NCBI GenBank assembly: GCA_963662545.2
Contig: CAXXLL010000002.1
Location: 1,472,001-1,536,000, forward strand
Length of the DNA stretch: 64,000 nucleotides
Direction of reading: 5' to 3'
DNA from: Gammaproteobacteria bacterium
GTDB lineage: Bacteria; Pseudomonadota; Gammaproteobacteria; Ga0077536
Below the pieces are notes generated by a model, which worked only from the letters and a program-made list of their open reading frames with translations, had not been told where the DNA came from and did no database searches. Each line of letters starts with the position of its first letter. Position 1 is the stretch's first letter. Both the position numbers and the translations under genes were made by a program. Shown here piece after piece: positions 49,073 through 58,384 of this stretch.

Positions 49073-50086
49073 ATGCGAGCCTGGATAAAGAATAACGGCT
49101 GGAACAGAAACCTGATCAGACTGGGCCTGGTGCTCGCGCTTATGCTGGCATTCACGACGTCGCAGGCGACTCCGCTCAATTTTTATTTCTTCGGCGACAG
49201 CCTCACGGATAGCGGTAGTTCCGTATTGAATCTCTTTTTCAATCCTACCGCGCCCCCGTCGCCGCCTTACAGTGGCAGCAGCTTTTCCAACGGGCCGGTA
49301 TGGGCTGAAACCGTTGGGGCTGCCTACGGTGTGCCGATTACGTGGGGCGTCAATAATTTCGCCGTCGGCGGCGCTGTGAGTGCCGACCTCAACGCTCCGG
49401 TTACTGCCGGCCAGCAGCTCGCGACGACGGTCGCCACCGGGGGGGTGCTCGGACAAACCGCACATTTCTTATCGACCACCGGGGGCGTCGCCGACCCCAA
49501 TGCGCTCTACAACATCTGGATGGGCGGCAATGACTTTCTCAATTTTCTGAACGCGCCACCGTCGGACCCTGTGGCGTTGATTAACGGTATCCTCAGTAAC
49601 ATCGGTACCGGCATCGGCACCTTGGTTGCAGCCGGTGCTCAAAAAATTCTGTTGATGAATCTACCGGATCTCAGCGTATCGCCCGCCGTACCGGACCCGG
49701 CCAAGGCCTTAGTGAGCGCCTTGGTTCAAAATTACAACCTGGCGCTAAGCGCTTTCGCATTGGGTTTGGAAGGTCAACTGGGGATCGATATCTGGACATT
49801 CGATGTTTTCGGTTTATTGGCTGCCAACAGCGGCAGTTGGTTGGATTCGGACGGTTTCCTAGGTATCGGTCCGGGTGAATCTGCCCTGACGTGCCTGAGT
49901 GTTCTTGCATGCGCGTTAGGGGGCGATAGTTCGCCATACCTCCTGTTCGACGATATTCATCCAACCGAAGAGGTCCATGCTTTGATCGGCAACGCGGTCG
50001 TGGCCCATATACCAGAGCCTTCGACCCTATTGCTGGCGGGTTTAGCCGTGGCCGGATTGGGCTTCCAGCGCCGGAAAGCCGCGTAG
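49073..50086 (+). CDS. SGNH/GDSL hydrolase with PEP-CTERM sorting domain
   Basis: Signal peptide; FGDSLTDSG, FSNGPVW, NFAVGGA, GGNDF, FDDIHPT; IPEPSTLLLAGLAVAGLGFQRRKAA. Confidence 0.95.
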   Translation: MRAWIKNNGWNRNLIRLGLVLALMLAFTTSQATPLNFYFFGDSLTDSGSSVLNLFFNPTAPPSPPYSGSSFSNGPVWAETVGAAYGVPITWGVNNFAVGGAVSADLNAPVTAGQQLATTVATGGVLGQTAHFLSTTGGVADPNALYNIWMGGNDFLNFLNAPPSDPVALINGILSNIGTGIGTLVAAGAQKILLMNLPDLSVSPAVPDPAKALVSALVQNYNLALSAFALGLEGQLGIDIWTFDVFGLLAANSGSWLDSDGFLGIGPGESALTCLSVLACALGGDSSPYLLFDDIHPTEEVHALIGNAVVAHIPEPSTLLLAGLAVAGLGFQRRKAA

Positions 50087-50169
50087 AAATTTCGAGCGCG
50101 TCAGAGTGATCAGAAAGCCCAGTTCGTTTCGCGCTATCTTTTGCTCCGCGACCATCCGTTTCGGCTGAA

Positions 50170-50230
50170 TTCGGCCGATCATTACGTTCCCGCGGGAACG
50201 TTATTTAATCGAGAATCATCAACGTCTGAC
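50170..50230 (+). repeat. 61-bp direct repeat, copy 2
   Basis: TTCGGCCGATCATTACGTTCCCGCGGGAACGTTATTTAATCGAGAATCATCAACGTCTGAC. Confidence 0.9.
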
Positions 50231-50332
50231 TAATCGCCGGTGCCGATCAGTTAAAGCCGCTCAGACTAAGCCGGATTCGGCCCGGCCGGCTATATTAATT
50301 CAGAGCCACTCATTCAGTTGCGGCTCGGCTGC

Positions 50333-51166
50333 TCACCAATGTGTATGCCCAACCTGCAAGTCATTCTTCCCGCAGAGATCGACGCCGCGCACGAGCCAGA
50401 TCGGCCGGTTCTTGAACTCGACCGGCGTCGTTACCGATCCACTTCCCATGTTCAGAGCCCGATCGTAATGCGAGGTGGTGGGCATGTAGCGAATGGCGAA
50501 ACCCGCGCGCCGTTTGCCGGAGGTGTTGGGCTTGGAGCCGTGCACGATGCCGACGTCGTGCAGGGAGATTCGCCCGGCTTCGATCGCCAGGTCATAGGCC
50601 GTGGATAGATCGAGGCGTGGATCGTTAAGGACGTTGTTGAGGACCAGGTCTTCGCGGTCGCTTTGCTCGTGGCTGAATTCACCCATGCGGTGCGATCCGG
50701 GAATGACCCGCATGCAGCCGTTCTCCGGTGTCGCGTCGTCGAGCGCGATCCAGGCCGTGACGGTGGCATGCGGGCGTATCGGCCAGTACTGGCCGTCCTG
50801 GTGCCAAGGTACTTCGAGGCCTTTCTCGGCCGGTTTGCAGAAGACCGACGAGGCCCACATGATGATGTCGGGGCCGATGAGCGGCTCGACCAGGTCGAGC
50901 AGCGCCGGGTCGGTCACGTATTCGAAGAACTCGCGCGCGATGTCGACCCCGTCCGGGCCCTCCCAGGGCACGTGCGGCAGCGCAATGAAATCGGGGCGAA
51001 CGTCGCTGCGCGCTTCGACCAGACGGTCCAGCGAACTCCGCATGCGTTCGAGGCGATCCGCCGGCAGCCGCCAGGCCGGCGTTACCTGGCCGTCGCGGTG
51101 ATATTTTTCGATTTCGTCCCTCGTGAGGGCAGTGTGCGGCGATACCTCGGTGGCCCCGGCGCTCAC
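50333..51166 (-). CDS. Phytanoyl-CoA dioxygenase family (Fe/2OG) protein
   Basis: WHQDG, WIALDDATPENGCMRVIPGSH, HGS..N.S..RR. Confidence 0.93.
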   Translation of the reverse strand: MSAGATEVSPHTALTRDEIEKYHRDGQVTPAWRLPADRLERMRSSLDRLVEARSDVRPDFIALPHVPWEGPDGVDIAREFFEYVTDPALLDLVEPLIGPDIIMWASSVFCKPAEKGLEVPWHQDGQYWPIRPHATVTAWIALDDATPENGCMRVIPGSHRMGEFSHEQSDREDLVLNNVLNDPRLDLSTAYDLAIEAGRISLHDVGIVHGSKPNTSGKRRAGFAIRYMPTTSHYDRALNMGSGSVTTPVEFKNRPIWLVRGVDLCGKNDLQVGHTHW

Positions 51167-51179
51167 GGCCCCGCCTCCA

Positions 51180-51728
51180 TCAGGATGCGGTGACTTCCAA
51201 CAGGTTGCCGTCGTCGTCCAGTACCAGGCCGGCCTCGCGCGCCATCGCCATGGTCGACTCGGGCCAGCCGACGCGGCCCGGATCGTGGCCGCCGACGACG
51301 GCGAGCATCATCGCGGTTTCGTCGCCGGCGTTGCGGAAGCCACGCATGACGTGGATGGGAACCGAGACTACGTCGTAGGGTTCGAGGATCACTTCCTTGT
51401 CGCCCTCGGGTCCCCAGAAAATTGACCAGCGGCCGCTCAAGGGCATGAAGACTTCCTGCGTCAGGTGCGAATGGAGTGCCGCGCCCTTGCCGGGTTCGGC
51501 CCTGACCATGGCGAGGTGAAATTCCTCGGCGGAGATGGGCGGATTCATCTCCGGATCTTCCGTTACCCCGCCGCCGATGATGCTGAAAATGTCGCGTTCG
51601 TGCCCAGGGAGATAGGTATCGATGAAGGCTTTCGAAGAGCTTTTCTGGTCCTTGAACCGCGCTACGTGTTGCTCCATGTCCTCGACTGAATAATCGATAT
51701 CCGAAATCTGCGCCGTATCCACCATCAC
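51180..51728 (-). CDS. Cupin domain protein
   Basis: GKGAALHSHLTQEVF, SVP..VMRGFRN. Confidence 0.88.
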   Translation of the reverse strand: MMVDTAQISDIDYSVEDMEQHVARFKDQKSSSKAFIDTYLPGHERDIFSIIGGGVTEDPEMNPPISAEEFHLAMVRAEPGKGAALHSHLTQEVFMPLSGRWSIFWGPEGDKEVILEPYDVVSVPIHVMRGFRNAGDETAMMLAVVGGHDPGRVGWPESTMAMAREAGLVLDDDGNLLEVTAS

Positions 51729-51826
51729 GGTCTCCTTTTCGAGTCCTCTGTCGTATTCGTTTCAGCCTACCGTAGATTCGGGATCTGCACCATGTCTGAA
51801 AGACTCGACCCCGAAACGGCTGTTGG

Positions 51827-51963
51827 TTTGAACCACACAGGACACAGAGGCCAAAGAGTATTCAGTTACTTATAACTGAGTTTCTCGTTTTTTTTCTTAG
51901 TGTTCTTAGTGGTGATCAAATCATTTTCTTCGTCTGTGATCTCTGTGTCCTCTGTGGTTCAAA
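51827..51963. repeat. GxxExxY-type intergenic inverted repeat element
   Basis: TTTGAACCACACAGGACACAGAG ... CTCTGTGTCCTCTGTGGTTCAAA; 9-nt periodic arms. Confidence 0.75.
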
Positions 51964-52036
51964 TCCGCAGTCGCATATGTCGCCGCCTGATTGCGCCACA
52001 GCAGACATCGGTACAGCGACCTGATCCCGAAGCAGC

Positions 52037-53890
52037 TTACTTCGGACCAAAGGCGAGGAAGACATTGCCCGGCATGCCGAAAACACCATAGCCCGAGCCG
52101 AAATAGACCCAGCCGTCGACGACGGTAACACCGGCGCCCTTGATCGAACCGCCCTTGGCCGGCACGCCGTTGACGGTGGCGTAGTCACCCTTGGTGTCGA
52201 TGTCCCAGATGAGTTGTCCGTTTGCTGGGTCGTAGGCGCGCATGTGCCCGTCCATCGAGGCCGAGAACACCACGCCGGGAATAAGGGTCGCCGCGGCCGG
52301 TTGACCGGCATTGCAGCCCGGCGTGTCGAGGCAGTCCGGCGCCGCCGCCGGCGTATTCCAGACCTCGGCGCCGTCGGCGATGTTCAAGGCGTAGATGCCG
52401 CCGGCATGTCCGGGAAAACTCCGCGTTTCCCAGACGTCGGAGATCGGCACGTAGACGGTCCGCTCGTCCGCCGCGAAGCCCCATTCGATGCCGCCGAGTA
52501 CGCCGCCCGGCGACAAGCGCTTCTGCCATAGCATCGCGCCTTTGCGGTCGGGGTCGAGGGCGTGCATGACGCCGGATTTCTGGCCGGCGAGCAGGACCCT
52601 GCTGCCGTCCGGCAGCGTGCGGATGATCGCCGAGGAACCGAAATCGATATCCGGGCCGCAGGCCTCGATCGCCACCGGATCTGCGTTCGGTGCGACACAG
52701 GCAGTGGTGAACGCATCGTCGGCCGTGGTCTGGACACTCCAGCGGATCGCGCCGGTCTCGAGATCCATTGCGACGATGGAGTCACTGGTGTCAGCGGCCG
52801 GCGGCGAATAAGCATCACCCGTGGTTACGTAGAGCACCCCGGCTTTGGGATCAATGGTTGGCTGTGACCAGACGGCTGCACCGGACGGCCCCCACATCTG
52901 GACACCGCTCGACATCTTCTTCGTCTTCTGGGGCGCTTGTGTAATGACGTAGCTTTTCCAAACGCGCTGACCGGTCGAGGTGTCGTAGGCGATGACACTG
53001 CCGCGAAACGTGCAGCATTCGTAATGGGGCGAGCCGCCCGCGAGTTCCTCGAAGGAGGCGACCGGTACATAGAGTCGCCCATCGTGCAGCTTGGCCGAGC
53101 CCGTGACCATCGCCCAGGGATGGTCGTCCACTTTATCCTTCCACAGCAGGTCGCCGCGGTTGGCGTCGAGCGCGTAGACCCAGCCCTTGCGATCGCTGGC
53201 GTAGAGCACGAACGAGCCGTCGTCGCGCCGCTCGAGCAGGATGGCCGCGCGCACTTCCGCTGCGGTCTCATACTTCCAGTGTGCGCAACCGGTGCGCGCA
53301 TCGAGAGAATAGATCGCGCCCGCGGGCGATCCGATGAAGAGGCGCCCGCCGGCCACCGCGGGTTGGGTAGTCACCGACGTGGTACCAGGAAAGCCGAACG
53401 CCCACTTGAGTTCGAGCTTGGCGAGATCAACCGCGCCAAGCCCGGCATTTTCGACGTTCTGGAAATGTGTATTGTCGAGGTCGAGACCCCAGCCGTTCCA
53501 ATGGGGCCCCTCAAGTGCGTCCATCGCCAGCGGCGGCGCACTATCGCAGAGCGCGAGGTCCTCGTCGGCGGGAGTTTCGTCGATCGTGCCCCAGGGGATT
53601 TCGGACAGGTAGATGGCGACGGCCCGTTGTTCGAGTTCATTGAGGGCCGAGGCCTGGAGGATCATCAGGCCCCCGCGTTGAGTGTTGAAGATCTTCTCCG
53701 GCGGCAGCTTTGCCAACTGTGCCGGCGACATCGCACGCGGTACCGGATTTTCATTGTGACAACCGCTGCAGGCGGCCTCGAAGCTCATTTTGCCGATCGC
53801 GCGATCGTCATCCGCATTGGCGCCGCCCAATAGGCCGGCTGCCAGTACCATGAGCGCGGGCAAGCCGAGTTGCCTGAGACGTGTCATCAA
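52037..53890 (-). CDS. PQQ-dependent dehydrogenase with N-terminal cytochrome c (polyvinyl alcohol dehydrogenase-like)
   Basis: Signal peptide; heme motif CSGCH; LKWAF, YECCTFRGS, GAAVWSQP, GPDIDFG, AGQKSG, GGIEWG. Confidence 0.92.
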   Translation of the reverse strand: MMTRLRQLGLPALMVLAAGLLGGANADDDRAIGKMSFEAACSGCHNENPVPRAMSPAQLAKLPPEKIFNTQRGGLMILQASALNELEQRAVAIYLSEIPWGTIDETPADEDLALCDSAPPLAMDALEGPHWNGWGLDLDNTHFQNVENAGLGAVDLAKLELKWAFGFPGTTSVTTQPAVAGGRLFIGSPAGAIYSLDARTGCAHWKYETAAEVRAAILLERRDDGSFVLYASDRKGWVYALDANRGDLLWKDKVDDHPWAMVTGSAKLHDGRLYVPVASFEELAGGSPHYECCTFRGSVIAYDTSTGQRVWKSYVITQAPQKTKKMSSGVQMWGPSGAAVWSQPTIDPKAGVLYVTTGDAYSPPAADTSDSIVAMDLETGAIRWSVQTTADDAFTTACVAPNADPVAIEACGPDIDFGSSAIIRTLPDGSRVLLAGQKSGVMHALDPDRKGAMLWQKRLSPGGVLGGIEWGFAADERTVYVPISDVWETRSFPGHAGGIYALNIADGAEVWNTPAAAPDCLDTPGCNAGQPAAATLIPGVVFSASMDGHMRAYDPANGQLIWDIDTKGDYATVNGVPAKGGSIKGAGVTVVDGWVYFGSGYGVFGMPGNVFLAFGPK

Positions 53891-54267
53891 ATTTCCCCTA
53901 TCGAGAGTTGTGTTTTATTAGGTCAGGAATCGCGGCACTCGCCGCGGACGGGCGGCCCGCAGTCTAAACGTCCGGCCAGTGAAACATCAATCGGGACGGC
54001 TCACGCCGGTATGCGAGCGCTGTCCCCAGTTTCAGCGCATTTCAGCCCTACCTGGTGTCTACCCGCGTCACGTTCGGCGGTCTGCAGTGCAACGCCGTCA
54101 GCGGCGGAGCAATGTCATTGGGACGACCCGCTCGGCCTTGGTATCGCGTGACCCCGATCGAGGGGGCAGTTCAATCGGGGGAGATATTGGCTCAGCTATT
54201 AAACGTGTGACTTCCATCATATACACTGGAGGCATTAGCACAGCCTGAGAATACTGAGGAGAGCATC

Positions 54268-55578
54268 ATGGCGGCACTCGCAGAAGAACTGACAAAACTC
54301 GGCCAGCCCGCGCCCGACGTACGGATCGCTAAATGGGACGAGACGCCGAAAACGAAACTGGGACCTTTTGGCGCCGAGCCCAAATGGACCGAGGAAGAAG
54401 CCGCCATCGTCGACACCTTGACGCGCTTCGCCGAGAACGAAATGCGTCCGACCGGAGAGATCCTGGACAAGATGTCGCCGGAAGATGTCATCGCGCCGGG
54501 CTCGCCACTGTGGGGGATGTACGAAAAGTTCATGGAGATGGGCTTTACCGTCGACGTGATGCTGGACATGGAGCCCAAGCAACGGGCGAAGATCCTGTGC
54601 CTGTTCTACGAAATCCTGGGCTGGGGTGATTCCGGCCTCGCCATTTCGATCGGCGCCTCGACCCTGCCGCGCTATCTATCGCGCCTGTTCGGCAATGACT
54701 TTCTGGCTGAACTTTGCGCCGACGACAAGATCGGGTCCTGGGCGATCACCGAATCCGATCATGGCAGCGATACCCTCGATCCGGATCGTGAGGTGGCCCA
54801 TCCCCGAGGCACCCACGGGCGGCCCAACTGCGTGATCACCTTGAAGTCGGACAAGATCATCATCAACGGCCAGAAAGCGGCCTGGGTCTGCAACGCCAAC
54901 ATCAGCGAGGTCATCATCCTTTACGCCGCGGCCGATTCCGGTGCGGGCGCCGACCCCGATCACGGCGCCGTGGTGGTCATGCCGACCGACGTCAAGGGGT
55001 ACAGCCGCGGCAAGCCCTTGAACAAGATGGGGCAGCGCGCGCTGAACCAGGGCGAGCTCTTTTTCGACAACGTCGAATTGCCGCTCGAGCACGTCCTCGC
55101 TGGCCCCGAGAATTATCAGCGCTGCCTGTATTCGATTCATACCGAGGCGAACGTCCTCATGGGCGCGACCTTCGTGGGACTGGCGCGGCGCGCGTACGAA
55201 CTTGCGCACGCTTACGCGCATGAGCGCAAGCAGGGCGGGGTGCCGATCATCCGGCATCAGCACGTGGCCTATCGCCTGTTCCACATGTTCCGCAAGGTCG
55301 AAGCCGCCTGCGCGCTGACGCGTCGCGTCGCGGAGTACAACACGGTCAACGAGCACCCGGCCCTGCACGCCGCGATGACCTCGAAAGTCACGGGCACGCA
55401 GACCGCATTCGAAGTGGCCAGCGATGCCATACAGATGTTCGGGGGCAACGGTGTGACGCGTGAGTATCCGGTTGAGAAGCTGCTGCGCGACGCCCGATCT
55501 TCGATGATCGAGGATGGATGCAACGAGGTGCTCGCCATGAAGGGCGGTTTTGCGCTGGCCGATCCGGAACTGCTCTGA
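54268..55578 (+). CDS. Acyl-CoA dehydrogenase
   Basis: WAITESDHGSD, NGQKAAWV, KMGQR, ERKQGG, AIQMFGGNG..EYPVEKLLRD. Confidence 0.95.
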   Translation: MAALAEELTKLGQPAPDVRIAKWDETPKTKLGPFGAEPKWTEEEAAIVDTLTRFAENEMRPTGEILDKMSPEDVIAPGSPLWGMYEKFMEMGFTVDVMLDMEPKQRAKILCLFYEILGWGDSGLAISIGASTLPRYLSRLFGNDFLAELCADDKIGSWAITESDHGSDTLDPDREVAHPRGTHGRPNCVITLKSDKIIINGQKAAWVCNANISEVIILYAAADSGAGADPDHGAVVVMPTDVKGYSRGKPLNKMGQRALNQGELFFDNVELPLEHVLAGPENYQRCLYSIHTEANVLMGATFVGLARRAYELAHAYAHERKQGGVPIIRHQHVAYRLFHMFRKVEAACALTRRVAEYNTVNEHPALHAAMTSKVTGTQTAFEVASDAIQMFGGNGVTREYPVEKLLRDARSSMIEDGCNEVLAMKGGFALADPELL

Positions 55579-55754
55579 CAGGGCGGCGTCGTGTGCAGAA
55601 ATGTGCCTGCAATGTCGGGGTCGGCGCAGGTTCGTGCGGCCAGCATGCGGACCGCAGGTCCAAATTATCTTCGCCGTTGATCATCAAGGAACTCTTGGAA
55701 GATGTTGATGGCCATCTCGGCGCGAAGTCGATGTTGGACCCGCAGCGGTAAGCC

Positions 55755-57374
55755 GTGATGACTGCAGGTTCCGGCGACACCATGATCCTCGCTCACCTGG
55801 TGGTGGATCGCATGGCCTCGCGGCCCGATCTCGACGTGCTGACGTTCGTCAATATCGAGCCCGACGGTTCGTTTAACGACGAAATTCGCACTTATAGCGA
55901 TCTCTGGCGGAACGGGCAGCGCGTCGCCGCGGCACTCGACGAAGAGGGCATGCAGGCCGGCGATGCCTTCGGACTGATCACGCTGAACCATCCTGAGTTC
56001 GTCGATACTATGGTTGGATCGTCGATCGCCGGCACGGTGTTCGTACCGATCGATCCGCGCACGCGCGGCAAGAAGCTGTCGTACATGTTGAACCACGCAC
56101 AATGCCGCGGCGCGGTGATCGGAGATTACGCGCTGCCGTACCTGCTGGAGGTTGCGTCGGATTGTCCGCGTCTCGAGTGGATCTGGGTGTTGTCGACGTC
56201 ACAAGGCCTTGCAACGGTCGACACTTCCCTGCGTCGGCGTTCGGTAGCGGACATTCTGGCTACCGAAATAACCGAGATGGCGATTCGCGTCGATGATCCC
56301 GAAACGCCGATGCAAATGCTCTATACCTCGGGTACGACCGGCGATCCCAAGGCGATACTGTCGCCTTATTCACGGTTCGGGTTCGTCGCGAGCCTCGGCG
56401 AAGCGCTCGGTATGAATGCCGACGACCGGCCGTACACCGGTTTGTCGCTGACGCACGCGAACGCGCAATTGATCACCTTGGGAACGACCCTGCACATGGG
56501 AGTGCGCGGCGTGTTTGCGCGCAAGTTCACCAAATCCCGGCTGTGGGGCACGACGCGCCACTACGGTTGCACCTTGTTCAACCTGCTGGGCGGCATGACG
56601 ACCGCGATCTATAGCGAACCCGTACGCGAGAACGATGCCGACAATCCGGTGCGCTACGTGCTTAGCGCGGCGATGCCGGCGGCGATCTGGAAAGATTTCG
56701 GACGGCGCTTCGGCATCGAGGTCTACGAATTTTACGGTGCGGCCGAAGGCGGACTGACACTCAATCCACCGGGCGCCGGCCCCGTCGGCAGTATCGGCAA
56801 ACCGCCGCCCAGCATGATCGGCCGCGTCGTCGACGACAACGATGTCGAATGTCCGCCCGGCACCCCTGGAGAGATCGTCTTTCAAAATGCCGACGGTACC
56901 TGTCCGGTCATCTCGTATTTCAAGAATCCGAAAGCCTCGAAGGAGAAAACGGCAGGTGGCTGGCTGCGGATGGGGGATGTCGGATGCCGCGACGAGAACG
57001 GCTGGTTTTTTTTCCTTTACCGCAGGGGCGGTGGTATCCGTCACAACGGTGATTTCGTCAATCCGGCCTTCGTGGAAAAGGAACTGGCCGAGCATCCGCA
57101 GGTCGACGACGTGTTCGTCTATGGCGTGACTTCGGCGAATGGCGTGCCGGGCGAAAAGGACGTGATTGCCGCCATCGTGGCCGTCGACCGCAATGGTTTC
57201 GACGCCCAGGATGTCTTCTGCCTGTGCCGCAAAAATCTCGAATCGAACTTCGTGCCGACTTATCTGCAACTGGTCGATGAGATCCCGAAAACGGCCTCCG
57301 AGAAACCGCAGGAGCGTTTCCTGCTCGAAGCGTTCGACGCCGACGCGGACAATGTCATCACCGAATCGAGCTGA
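55755..57374 (+). CDS. AMP-dependent acyl-CoA ligase (CaiC-like)
   Basis: YTSGTTGDPKA, YGAAEG, GSIGKP, GWLRMGD, IPKTASEK. Confidence 0.93.
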   Translation: MMTAGSGDTMILAHLVVDRMASRPDLDVLTFVNIEPDGSFNDEIRTYSDLWRNGQRVAAALDEEGMQAGDAFGLITLNHPEFVDTMVGSSIAGTVFVPIDPRTRGKKLSYMLNHAQCRGAVIGDYALPYLLEVASDCPRLEWIWVLSTSQGLATVDTSLRRRSVADILATEITEMAIRVDDPETPMQMLYTSGTTGDPKAILSPYSRFGFVASLGEALGMNADDRPYTGLSLTHANAQLITLGTTLHMGVRGVFARKFTKSRLWGTTRHYGCTLFNLLGGMTTAIYSEPVRENDADNPVRYVLSAAMPAAIWKDFGRRFGIEVYEFYGAAEGGLTLNPPGAGPVGSIGKPPPSMIGRVVDDNDVECPPGTPGEIVFQNADGTCPVISYFKNPKASKEKTAGGWLRMGDVGCRDENGWFFFLYRRGGGIRHNGDFVNPAFVEKELAEHPQVDDVFVYGVTSANGVPGEKDVIAAIVAVDRNGFDAQDVFCLCRKNLESNFVPTYLQLVDEIPKTASEKPQERFLLEAFDADADNVITESS

Positions 57375-57726
57375 CGCGGACTTGGGGTAGTCTACGAACG
57401 AACACTGGAATCAACGGCAATGCGTATCGCTTCGTCTTCGATTTTGAAAACCAACGCGCGGCCAGTAGATCTCTTGAGTTTTTTTGCGTAGGTTGTTGGT
57501 CCTCGAGGTGTGTCGTCAATCCCCGAAATCGTCACTTCCAGATTCGCTAGAGGTCTTCACTTTACGCGTGAATACTCGCTGGATTGGCTTTGATCGCCCT
57601 CAAAAAAATCCCCCCAATAGGAGCTTACGTCACCGGCGAGCGCGCGAAGTTGAGAAACATCTTCGTGTCATACCCCGCGTTTGTTGCTATCAGTTGGGGA
57701 GGAAACCTGCGGGAGGTCCGTCGGAA

Positions 57727-57870
57727 ATGTCAACAGCCAAATCCACGCATGGGCATTGCGCTCCGGGCTTCCATGCCGTCGGTGCTGCGTTTGAGCGCAA
57801 TATGGTGGACGGAGACATTGGCGCGGCTTTCGTGCTCTACCAGGGCGGCGCGATTAAAGTCGATGCGCGG
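57727..57870 (+). pseudogene. N-terminal fragment of a beta-lactamase-family serine hydrolase
   Basis: MSTAKSTHGHCAPGFHAVGAAFERNM...IGAAFVLYQGGAIKVD after GGAGG RBS; similarity breaks off before any SxxK motif. Confidence 0.6.
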
Positions 57871-57964
57871 TGGCGGGTGCGGCGAGTTGGAAAGTCTGGA
57901 GGTTGCAGCGTATGCGCTGCTTCCAGTCGTGATGCGGTTCAGTAATTCATAAAGGAGAGAGCAG

Positions 57965-58273
57965 ATGAGGAGTGTTTCAAACCTGGCTTTGGGAACCTTG
58001 TTCATATTGTTCGCAGTCGGAACCATCGATATTTCCGTTGCAGTTGCCGATGGGGATCTCGACATGGTCTTTCAAGTTGAAGGAATGACCTGAGGCAGCT
58101 GTGCACGGACGGTCCGTGAGACCATTAAAAAAATTGCTGGGGTGACGCGCGTTCGTGTTGACGTGCAACAAAAGCGCGCCTGGGTGAGCTGTAGCTCCGA
58201 GGTATCCGCCCAGCAAGTGATGGCGGCGATTGCATCGAATGGAAGATATCAAGCGAAGCTTGTCGAGGACTAA
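57965..58273 (+). CDS. Secreted heavy-metal-associated (MerP/CopZ-like) selenoprotein, Sec at codon 43
   Basis: AAGGAGAG RBS; signal peptide; VEGMT[TGA]GSC..V...I.KIAGV..V.V...K.A.V.......QVMAAI...GRY continues in frame to TAA at 58273 (102 aa). Confidence 0.85.
58091..58120 (+). promoter_or_regulatory. Candidate bacterial SECIS element
   Basis: TGA, 10 nt, then hairpin CACGGA-CGG-TCCGTG with a G-containing loop followed by U. Confidence 0.7.
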
Positions 58274-58384
58274 CTCCCTCACACGGAACGGTTCCCCTTC
58301 AGCAACCTTGAGACAACTTTCAGGGTTCGATAAACGTCGCTGCGAGTAACAGTACGACAGAATGTCTTAACCGTTACAAAAAGC

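Noticed and set aside
50240-50256. TGCCGATCAGTTAA resembling an IS4 terminal repeat
   Set aside because: Lacks the terminal AAT bases, a partner end and any transposase; may be chance or an uninformative relic.
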